From: a virus
Virus record (IMG/VR): IMGVR_UViG_3300016484_000064
Span: 1 to 31,927 of that record
Strand: one strand, 5' to 3'
DNA: 31,927 nt
This document shows positions 23,130 through 29,138 of the stretch, piece after piece. Both the position numbers and the translations under genes were made by a program. Numbering within the stretch: position 1 is the first letter of the stretch; each line of letters starts with the position of its first letter. Below the pieces are notes generated by a model. The model saw only the letters and a list, made by a program, of their open reading frames with translations. It had not been told where the DNA came from and did not search any database.

Positions 23130-23483
23130 TTAAAAATTTTTTATCAAATCTTCCATCGGAAGCAGGATTCCCTTACTCGTATTAGAATCTCCGCCTAAAA
23201 TATCTCGTGAAGTGCCTATATATTTTCTGCAAAGTTGCTTTAATTCGCTTGTTTCAATCAATATACACCGTGTTTTACTAAACCAATATACCCACCATTT
23301 AGCCTGTGTTGTGCTGATTCCGCTTTTCTTACCTCTACTCTCGTATTCTACAAATAGATTGCCTGTCTCATAGCACTTAAAATCGCGTTTTACTTCGATT
23401 GTAGACTCTATTACCTCGCTTAGTAATGTTTCATACTCCTGACCGATTTTCAGGTCGTAACGGAAGTCGCTATTGTATTCCAT
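23130..23483 (-). CDS. Hypothetical protein, possible PD-(D/E)XK-type nuclease
   Basis: 117-aa ORF with an E-x-K-like motif (IEVKRD) followed by FVEYES...TTQAKWW. It lies next to NinG in the recombination cluster. Confidence 0.3.
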   Translation of the reverse strand: MEYNSDFRYDLKIGQEYETLLSEVIESTIEVKRDFKCYETGNLFVEYESRGKKSGISTTQAKWWVYWFSKTRCILIETSELKQLCRKYIGTSRDILGGDSNTSKGILLPMEDLIKNF

Positions 23484-24000
23484 CTTTTATCTTTTGTTTA
23501 TAGGTTTTGATTATTTCTTGTAACTCATCGTTTGTGTACTTCCGTGTTTCATTAGCACGTTGACTTAAAGCGTCCAATTTAGCCTCTCCAATGCGTTTTA
23601 AGAGACCTTCTCGGTATTTCAGTAGGTTTCCGTGCTTGAACTGATTGCAAGTTACGCATTGAGCGTGTACGTTATCTTCATCAAAAGTGACTGCTTTGTG
23701 TCCTCCCATAGAGTAGAAATGTCCTGCGTCGTACTTTGAGCCAAGTTTTGAGCCGCAACTGATGCAAGGTTGAGCTTTATCTCTTAGTCTGATGTACTGG
23801 TTGAATACTTTTTGAGCTTCTTTAAGCCAATCAGAGTTCGTCTTTATGTCGTTCTTCATACGGATTTTAGTATGCTTCCACATCTTCTCTTTGGCTTCCG
23901 CTACGAAAGCACGGACACATTCATCTTTTAAACAATATTTATGATTGAAGCGGATAGGCTCAAACTTCTCTTTGCAGTTCTTGCATCTCATAATCATCAT
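23470..24000 (-). CDS. ninG: NinG/Rap-family recombination endonuclease
   Basis: 176-aa ORF. CKNCKEKF...KYC, QYIRLRDKAQPCISCG, DAGHFYS and HAQCVTCNQFKHGN...YREGLLKRIG match the lambda NinG pattern. Confidence 0.75.
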   Translation of the reverse strand: MMIMRCKNCKEKFEPIRFNHKYCLKDECVRAFVAEAKEKMWKHTKIRMKNDIKTNSDWLKEAQKVFNQYIRLRDKAQPCISCGSKLGSKYDAGHFYSMGGHKAVTFDEDNVHAQCVTCNQFKHGNLLKYREGLLKRIGEAKLDALSQRANETRKYTNDELQEIIKTYKQKIKDGIQ

Positions 24001-24097
24001 TTATTTCGTAGTTATCTCCATCTTCGCAAGTATCACACATTGATTCAATTTCTTGAATACAATTAATACAAGTATAAAATCCGTGTTTACATATCAT
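23960..24097 (-). CDS. Possible 45-aa zinc-ribbon peptide (MICKHGFYTCINCIQEIESMCDTCEDGDNYEINDDYEMQELQREV)
   Basis: It bridges the 86-nt gap between the methyltransferase and NinG genes and has CxxC twice. It overlaps the NinG 5' end by 41 nt, which weakens the call. Confidence 0.3.
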   Translation of the reverse strand: MICKHGFYTCINCIQEIESMCDTCEDGDNYEINDDYEMQELQREV

Positions 24098-24755
24098 AAT
24101 CAAAAATTGAGGTTTGATTTACATCTGATTTTTTAATTATACCTAATGCAGTTTCAAGAATAGTTTTACCTGCTTCATAGTCTACCAGGTTGCGTGCCAT
24201 TTTAACAACGCTTTGCTCTCCTTTGTACTTTTTAAAATCGTAATCGTGAAACTCGCATAGACCTTTCAATTCGTTTTTTGCTGCACTAATTGCAAAACGT
24301 CTATCTTGCAAATCATTTGGTAAAATAAAATTTGTCCAATACAAATGACGTCCTCTCTTTTGAGCAGGTATTAATGGTTCGTAGTATGGAATAACATTCT
24401 CCACAATAAACTTTCCCGTCTTAAAATAATGCTGCAAAAACAAGATTTCTTCGTAAAGTTTTAAATCCGGATAAATTGGTTGTACTGAAGTATCATAATT
24501 TGAACTATTCCAATACCTTGCTCTTGAATGACTCGGACACGGTGGAGAACTCCAAATTATGTCAAACTCTTTGTAGTGGTCTAACAAATACTGATGTGCA
24601 TCTGCAACAATTACTGTGTCGTTAGGGAATCTTTCTTGGTACAAACGAGCTGCTTCCTGGTCAAGCTCTACTGCGGTTATTTCTAAATTGTCAGAAACCT
24701 CATCCCATTTGTAACGATTACCTCCTAAACAAGCATATAAGTTTAAAATTTTCAT
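24087..24755 (-). CDS. Compact DNA (cytosine-5) methyltransferase
   Basis: 222-aa ORF with motif I (LNLYACLGGN), motif IV (SSPPCPSHS), motif VI (FIVENV) and a motif VIII-like segment (QKRGRH). Locally AT-rich. Confidence 0.65.
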   Translation of the reverse strand: MKILNLYACLGGNRYKWDEVSDNLEITAVELDQEAARLYQERFPNDTVIVADAHQYLLDHYKEFDIIWSSPPCPSHSRARYWNSSNYDTSVQPIYPDLKLYEEILFLQHYFKTGKFIVENVIPYYEPLIPAQKRGRHLYWTNFILPNDLQDRRFAISAAKNELKGLCEFHDYDFKKYKGEQSVVKMARNLVDYEAGKTILETALGIIKKSDVNQTSIFDYDM

Positions 24756-24768
24756 AGCGTTCGTGTTT

Positions 24769-25023
24769 TTATAGCGTTATCGACTCGTCAATCCATTGGC
24801 GAAATGCTCTCTGCAAGTCTACCTGCTCATTCCATACCTGCTCTGCGTGTTGTTCGTCTATTCGTAAGACTGCTCTGTCAGCACTTTGAATCTCCTGAGC
24901 TAGCATATTTGCTTTGTTTTTTAATCCTTGTCGAAAGACGGATTGGTCGTTTAGGTCTTCGATGAAGTCTGCTAATACCGGCAAGAATGCTGCCAATGCT
25001 ACAAGTTTTTTTTCTCTTTTCAT
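24769..25023 (-). CDS. Hypothetical protein
   Basis: 84-aa ORF whose ATG overlaps the upstream TGA (ATGA). Confidence 0.6.
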   Translation of the reverse strand: MKREKKLVALAAFLPVLADFIEDLNDQSVFRQGLKNKANMLAQEIQSADRAVLRIDEQHAEQVWNEQVDLQRAFRQWIDESITL

Positions 25024-25322
25024 AGTTGCTCTTCTATTTTGTTATACTTTAATTGGTTTTCTAATTCGTGTTTTTGTCGACTCAGCTCCATATTTCTATT
25101 GGCTAAAATCGTGTTCTCTCGGCTTATTGCTACTGCGTGTTCGTACAGGTTTGTCAGAAAGCTGATAGCCTCTAATAACTCCTCCTCGCTTTGCTCTGCG
25201 CCTTTGATGTAGTCAGTAGCGTCAGGTCTTGTTTTTAAGATGTTCTCTCGTGCGTTTTGGATTCGTTTTTTGATAGCCCACAGGTTGGCATTCGTTTTGA
25301 TTTTATGTAGTCCGAGTTCCAT
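25020..25322 (-). CDS. Hypothetical coiled-coil protein
   Basis: 100-aa ORF whose ATG shares a base with the helicase stop (TAATG). Confidence 0.6.
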   Translation of the reverse strand: MELGLHKIKTNANLWAIKKRIQNARENILKTRPDATDYIKGAEQSEEELLEAISFLTNLYEHAVAISRENTILANRNMELSRQKHELENQLKYNKIEEQL

Positions 25323-26275
25323 TAGATTGAAAATTGTTTGTGAACAGGAGTTCTATTTGCGTAAATACGGTTGCCTCTATAGTCAAGCATATAGTATTGG
25401 TATCTATCAACATCCAAATATAACTTATATATTCCGTTTTTTGATACGCCTTTTGGTTTACTCTTTGCAACTTTAAGGTGTACTTCGTTTTTTTCTGCTC
25501 CGCTTCCATCTTCATTTGGCAAACCATATGGAGGTCGCCACGGAATTAATACGCTGAGACCTTTTCTAAACCATACCTGACCACCTGCAAAGTCTCTTGC
25601 GCTTGGAATAGGAAAGTAACTTATGTCAGTTCCTGCTATCGTCTTTCCGTTTACCATAGGTTGGTCTCTAACGTGATTAATAATGCAGTTGTGTCTACCT
25701 GTTTTTCGTGCGTTTTTACGAACTATACCAAGAATCCTACTCAAATACTTATCCTCACGACCTAAGTCGCTATGAATAAATTCTTCAGTAAGTTCATTCC
25801 AAGGGTCTATCGTAGTCGTATGAATTGTGATTTGTTCTTTGCGCTCAATCTCGTCTACCAAGTCATAGAATTTAGTTATAGTTAAATCTTCATCAATTGG
25901 GTCTATAACAATAAAATGTTGATTAATGAACATCTCAGCACTTACTTGTTCTCCGTTTGTCATTGAATTTTGACCTTGAACATAAGGTTTACCAATATAT
26001 TTGTAGCATAACTCTGAGAATATTTCTGCACTACTACCAGTCTCAGGTGAAAAAATAACGTGATTCCAACCGTGTAAACACGAAAGGTTAATTAAGAACT
26101 CAAACCATAGTTCCGTCTTTCCTGATGCAGGTGCTGCTCCTATGTATGTCGTGCATCCTTCTTTGATTGTAAATGGAAGCATATCCCAATCCCAACCAAT
26201 TGATTTACCTTTGACGTCTTGTTGTTGACGTACCGCAAACATCTCTGCATTTAAGTCTGTTAGTCTTTTGTACAT
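25322..26275 (-). CDS. DnaB-like (RecA-fold) replicative helicase / ATPase
   Basis: 317-aa ORF with a Walker A motif (IGAAPASGKT) and a Walker B-like motif (FIVIDPID). It lies directly after the replisome organiser gene. Confidence 0.65.
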   Translation of the reverse strand: MYKRLTDLNAEMFAVRQQQDVKGKSIGWDWDMLPFTIKEGCTTYIGAAPASGKTELWFEFLINLSCLHGWNHVIFSPETGSSAEIFSELCYKYIGKPYVQGQNSMTNGEQVSAEMFINQHFIVIDPIDEDLTITKFYDLVDEIERKEQITIHTTTIDPWNELTEEFIHSDLGREDKYLSRILGIVRKNARKTGRHNCIINHVRDQPMVNGKTIAGTDISYFPIPSARDFAGGQVWFRKGLSVLIPWRPPYGLPNEDGSGAEKNEVHLKVAKSKPKGVSKNGIYKLYLDVDRYQYYMLDYRGNRIYANRTPVHKQFSI

Positions 26276-26880
26276 TAGTCAATAATTTGTCTTTGGGTGT
26301 TTACTACTATCTCGTTAATGTAAGGAAGTGTATTTAATAACGTTGACTTCCAATTTGAAATAGGATGCAATTTACCACTTCTATTTATACTCCAATCACT
26401 CTCTTTCCAACTTTCGTATTTTAGTCGCAAATCCTGCTGATTGATTTTAGGTTTCTTTTCTAAGGCGTAAGATAAAAACTCAGAAAATTCAGGTATAGTA
26501 TTATTCTTTATTTCTTTACTTTCTTTAGTTGTTGCCCTTGGCTTGCCTTTTTGCTTGCCATCTTTGTCGCATTTTATTTGCAATTTATCCCATTTTACAA
26601 GGCTCACAGCTTGCCATTTGTTTGTCGTGTAGCGTGTCACTTCTTGAGACTTTTCTAACTTGTCCATAGCAGTTCGAATTTGCTTGACCGATAATCCAAC
26701 TTCTTTAGCAAGATTTTCCCAACTGGTAACGATTGTGCCTGCCTTTATTGTCTGCCCTTTCCAAATCCTATCTTCATAGTTTACGGACAAAAGCAAATGT
26801 AAGAGCAAGCGTGTTGCGTTGTGGTCGTCATACCACTCCCAATCTTTTAAACTTCGATGCAATTTAATCCAACCGCTCAT
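26275..26880 (-). CDS. Replication initiator / replisome organiser (winged-helix N-terminal domain)
   Basis: 201-aa ORF. WIKLHRSLKDWEWYDD...LLLHLLLSVNYE...GTIVTSWENLAKEVGLSVKQIRTAMDKLE is the common phage replication-protein N-terminal pattern. Confidence 0.6.
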   Translation of the reverse strand: MSGWIKLHRSLKDWEWYDDHNATRLLLHLLLSVNYEDRIWKGQTIKAGTIVTSWENLAKEVGLSVKQIRTAMDKLEKSQEVTRYTTNKWQAVSLVKWDKLQIKCDKDGKQKGKPRATTKESKEIKNNTIPEFSEFLSYALEKKPKINQQDLRLKYESWKESDWSINRSGKLHPISNWKSTLLNTLPYINEIVVNTQRQIID

Positions 26881-27046
26881 TGTTAAAACTTTCTAATGTT
26901 TTGATTAATGTATAGGCTTGCTTTTTGTCTATACATACAGTTTTAGAGCTTTCTCCCTCAATAATTTCAAAGCAAATAAAATCTCCTTTTGAAACAATCA
27001 TTTGGTCTTTGTCATTAAACTGACATTGTAAATAAATTTCATTCAT
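26864..27046 (-). CDS. Hypothetical protein
   Basis: 60-aa ORF with an ATG start that overlaps the next gene by 17 nt. Confidence 0.55.
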   Translation of the reverse strand: MNEIYLQCQFNDKDQMIVSKGDFICFEIIEGESSKTVCIDKKQAYTLIKTLESFNNERLD

Positions 27047-27066
27047 ATAATGAATTTTTAGGTAAT

Positions 27067-27171
27067 AAAAAACCCCTGCAAATCAACTGGAGTCTCACGT
27101 CAGTATCATTACAAGGGTCAATATTTCCTTTAGGTTAACTATGTTTGAGACTCTAACCTGTACAAAGATAA
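27067..27171 (-). ncRNA. Candidate ~90-nt structured RNA or leader (promoter box, two hairpins, U-tract)
   Basis: Contains a -7 box TATCTTTG (27164..27171). Hairpin 1 pairs 27132..27138 with 27153..27159. Hairpin 2 pairs 27072..27081 with 27109..27118, plus 27086..27089 with 27101..27104. U6 is at 27067..27072. The two apical loops are complementary over 8 nt. Confidence 0.3.
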
Positions 27172-27199
27172 CTAACTAACTCGCATTTTGTTTCGTTTG

Positions 27200-27643
27200 T
27201 TAAAAACTACTTTTAATGTGATTGGCTATCTTTTCCCAATTCTCTTTACTTGGTAACTCTTTTGGCATTTGATGGTCGTATCTTCCTTCGTTTAACCAAC
27301 GTCTGATTCTGCGTAGTTTTTCTAAGTTACTGGCTTTTGCAATATCGTCAAAGATATTCCGTCTTTGTTTAGTGAAGATTAATGGCTCAGACATTAGCTC
27401 CTGACAAGATTCAGTTATTCCACGATACAATTTGTCGTTCTTTAACTCTTCGTGTTTCCGTATCGAGTGAATTACCGTTGCGTGATTGCGATTAAAAATT
27501 CTACCTATCTGAGATAAGGTTAGTTGATTTGTTTGATACAATGCCCAACATAAATAATGCCTTCTGAAGACGTAGAAATGCTCTCTGCTGCGTCCGTTTA
27601 AACCTTCCGACTCAATGTATTCTTTTACTTGTTCTATATTCAT
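27200..27643 (-). CDS. DnaA domain IV-like HTH DNA-binding protein
   Basis: 147-aa ORF. RRHYLCWALYQTNQLTLSQIGRIFNRNHATVIHSIRKHEEL resembles the DnaA C-terminal DNA-binding domain (...aR.iamyL.r.lt..Sl..IG..f.rdHtTV.ha..k...). Confidence 0.55.
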   Translation of the reverse strand: MNIEQVKEYIESEGLNGRSREHFYVFRRHYLCWALYQTNQLTLSQIGRIFNRNHATVIHSIRKHEELKNDKLYRGITESCQELMSEPLIFTKQRRNIFDDIAKASNLEKLRRIRRWLNEGRYDHQMPKELPSKENWEKIANHIKSSF

Positions 27644-27775
27644 AGCGGTTTAATTATAAATTTTCCATCGTTGTATCTTCCTGATTCTATTAAGTCCATC
27701 TTCTTCCAGTAACATAGACTCTTTGAAGTAAATATCCACTCTTGGACTACTGCCAGTCCGACTTGGTATGTAAGT

Positions 27776-28027
27776 TTAAATCTCATATTTTTTAAATGTT
27801 ATGTTGTAGTATCCTTGTCCGTGTCTTATTATTTCTTCTTCTTTTGTTTCACAAATTGGTATCATATTGTGCTTGTCTTTATTCATTAATACGCTATAAC
27901 AAGCCTCCATTATTTGCCATTTTTCCATTTCAATAGCTTCTTGAATACATTTCTCAAAACCTGCTCTTGTTACTCCGTTATGGTTTTCGAGTTGCTCTAT
28001 TAACCATTGTACTGCGGTTTGTTTCAT
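27776..28027 (-). CDS. Hypothetical protein
   Basis: 83-aa ORF with an ATG start (MKQTAVQWLIEQLE...). Confidence 0.6.
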   Translation of the reverse strand: MKQTAVQWLIEQLENHNGVTRAGFEKCIQEAIEMEKWQIMEACYSVLMNKDKHNMIPICETKEEEIIRHGQGYYNITFKKYEI

Positions 28028-28098
28028 AGCTTGGTGTATTTAATTTCGCAAATGCGGTTATATAAATCGTAATTAAAGTTTGTCCAAAAACGCTCCAT
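28024..28098 (-). CDS. Possible 24-aa peptide (MERFWTNFNYDLYNRICEIKYTKL)
   Basis: This is the non-overlapping tail of track ORF 28024..28287. The ATG at 28098 lies after the upstream stop, and its TGA overlaps the next ATG (ATGA). Very short. Confidence 0.2.
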   Translation of the reverse strand: MERFWTNFNYDLYNRICEIKYTKL

Positions 28099-28108
28099 AC
28101 GTTGGCGG

Positions 28109-28414
28109 TTAAACGAACCAGTTAGATTCATCGTCAAAGTCTGAGTAGGTATAACAAGCGTAGCAGAACTCGTGAAACAAGTCTCTTGCTCTTTCAAGTA
28201 GTTCGTCTTGGAGTAGTTCGATTTCTTTGATAGTTGGGTTGGTATGGAATTCTGCTCTGAGAATTTGCCAGTCATCTGAGTTTTCATCGTATGTGTATTT
28301 TAGTTCGATTGTAGCTACTTTTATTTCGTTGTTGAGGTCGTAGCATATAACCTCTAATAAACCGCCTGAAACGCTTTCGTATGCGGTCTCAAAGTAATAT
28401 CTATCTTGTTTCAT
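28109..28414 (-). CDS. Hypothetical acidic protein
   Basis: 101-aa ORF with an ATG start and protein-like composition. I prefer it over the overlapping 87-aa frame. Confidence 0.6.
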   Translation of the reverse strand: MKQDRYYFETAYESVSGGLLEVICYDLNNEIKVATIELKYTYDENSDDWQILRAEFHTNPTIKEIELLQDELLERARDLFHEFCYACYTYSDFDDESNWFV

Positions 28415-28634
28415 TGTAAATCTTATTAGCGTATTTAGTATAAAGTTTAGGAAGTTCGTAACTGCGTTTACCTTTGATTTGAGTATCCGTCTTTTTGACG
28501 TCTAATACAGGCATTGAATTAGTCGAACATAACCAAATCATAAAGATTGTACCTGCGATGAATGTTACCACACCACCGAGAATCTGACGTTCGTCTTGGT
28601 TGAGGTCAGAGAATAAGAATTTAATTGTCTTCAT
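28401..28634 (-). CDS. Hypothetical single-pass membrane protein
   Basis: 77-aa ORF with one hydrophobic helix (GGVVTFIAGTIFMIWLCS). Confidence 0.55.
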   Translation of the reverse strand: MKTIKFLFSDLNQDERQILGGVVTFIAGTIFMIWLCSTNSMPVLDVKKTDTQIKGKRSYELPKLYTKYANKIYNETR

Positions 28635-28794
28635 TTTGAATGATATTTAAAAGGTTTAAAATTGAACCCCAAGCTCCGAGCGCATAGCGGGTGTGCCTAT
28701 GGTCTACACCATATAGTCTCTTGCAATCTTTAAGCTCAGCGTACAACATTTTTTCTTGGCTTCTCATAAGGTCTAAAATTTCTTCTTTTGTCAT
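28621..28794 (-). CDS. Hypothetical protein, first gene of the early operon (57 aa from the first ATG)
   Basis: The track start at 28833 is a TTG lying inside the promoter box. The first ATG, at 28794, gives MTKEEILDLMRSQEK... Confidence 0.55.
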   Translation of the reverse strand: MTKEEILDLMRSQEKMLYAELKDCKRLYGVDHRHTRYALGAWGSILNLLNIIQNEDN

Positions 28795-28830
28795 AGCATT
28801 TATTTTTTGTGTTTGTGAATTAGTTATATG

Positions 28831-28864
28831 CAAATATATACACTATTTCGTAATTATCAACAAA
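28831..28864 (-). promoter_or_regulatory. Early promoter: -7 box TATATTTG (28831..28838) with an upstream TTTG (28861..28864)
   Basis: Matches the Bacteroidota consensus TTTG-N(19-21)-TAnnTTTG, except that the spacer is 22 nt. It lies 37 nt upstream of the first ATG of the early operon. Confidence 0.5.
28835..28846. repeat. 12-bp inverted repeat arm TATATACACTAT (partner at 29045..29056)
   Basis: The two arms are perfect reverse complements. This arm overlaps the early -7 box. Confidence 0.85.
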
Positions 28865-29023
28865 AAAGTTACGTTTTCTACAAAATATTTTTAAATTCCT
28901 TTATTTTACAAGGTTTTCAGACGTAAACTTTTTTTACATTTATTTTGCTTCACTTACATTTTGTAACAAAATAAGGGGTAATTATTGCTACTTTTGTAAT
29001 AAAGTAATGTATAAAAAGTCGAG

Positions 29024-29034
29024 AAATCTATACA
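29024..29034. repeat. 11-bp direct repeat AAATCTATACA, copy 1
   Basis: Identical to 29065..29075, 41 bp away, in noncoding DNA. Confidence 0.85.
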
Positions 29035-29044
29035 TTAATCAGTT

Positions 29045-29056
29045 ATAGTGTATATA
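29045..29056. repeat. 12-bp inverted repeat arm ATAGTGTATATA (partner at 28835..28846)
   Basis: Perfect reverse complement of the arm at the early promoter. Confidence 0.85.
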
Positions 29057-29064
29057 AAGACGGA

Positions 29065-29075
29065 AAATCTATACA
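29065..29075. repeat. 11-bp direct repeat AAATCTATACA, copy 2
   Basis: Identical to 29024..29034 and abuts the terminator U-tract. Confidence 0.85.
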
Positions 29076-29099
29076 AAAAAGCCCCCAATTAAGGAGGCT
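29075..29099 (-). terminator. Rho-independent terminator ending the late/lysis operon
   Basis: The minus-strand RNA reads AGCCUCC-UUAAUU-GGGGGCU followed by U6. The single G-U pair forms only on the minus-strand transcript. Confidence 0.75.
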
Positions 29100-29130
29100 C
29101 TTTACGCTATGAGTAGAATGGTTAGGTCAA

Positions 29131-29138
29131 CAAATATA
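29131..29138 (-). promoter_or_regulatory. Additional -7-like box TATATTTG abutting the stop codon of the phosphoesterase gene
   Basis: The plus strand reads CAAATATA, about 30 nt upstream of the terminator hairpin. Function unclear. Confidence 0.3.

Noticed and set aside
25303-25527. Nested alternative-frame minus-strand ORFs inside larger genes (25303..25527, 29378..29617, 16245..16466, 3073..3354, 1693..1905)
   Set aside because: They lie entirely within well-supported genes (helicase, phosphoesterase, chaperone-like gene and 61-aa gene, portal). Their composition is not protein-like and they have no independent signals.
27650-27715. 21-codon upstream ORF in the 132-nt gap before the DnaA-domain-IV-like gene
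   Set aside because: It is too short to support, with no coupling overlap or distinctive composition. It could be a leader peptide, but nothing in the sequence argues for that.
27732-27740. DnaA-box-like 9-mer ATATCCACT upstream of the DnaA-domain-IV-like gene
   Set aside because: It is a single 7-of-9 match. The core TATCCAC also occurs inside coding regions (for example near 6745 and, inverted, near 22297), at roughly the frequency expected by chance. It is mentioned only as a test substrate.
28024-28287. 87-aa minus-strand ORF overlapping the 101-aa gene by 179 nt
   Set aside because: The overlapping part has poor, Thr/Ser/Asn-rich composition, whereas the 101-aa frame looks like real protein. 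I kept only the last 24 codons (28024..28098), as a very low-confidence peptide.
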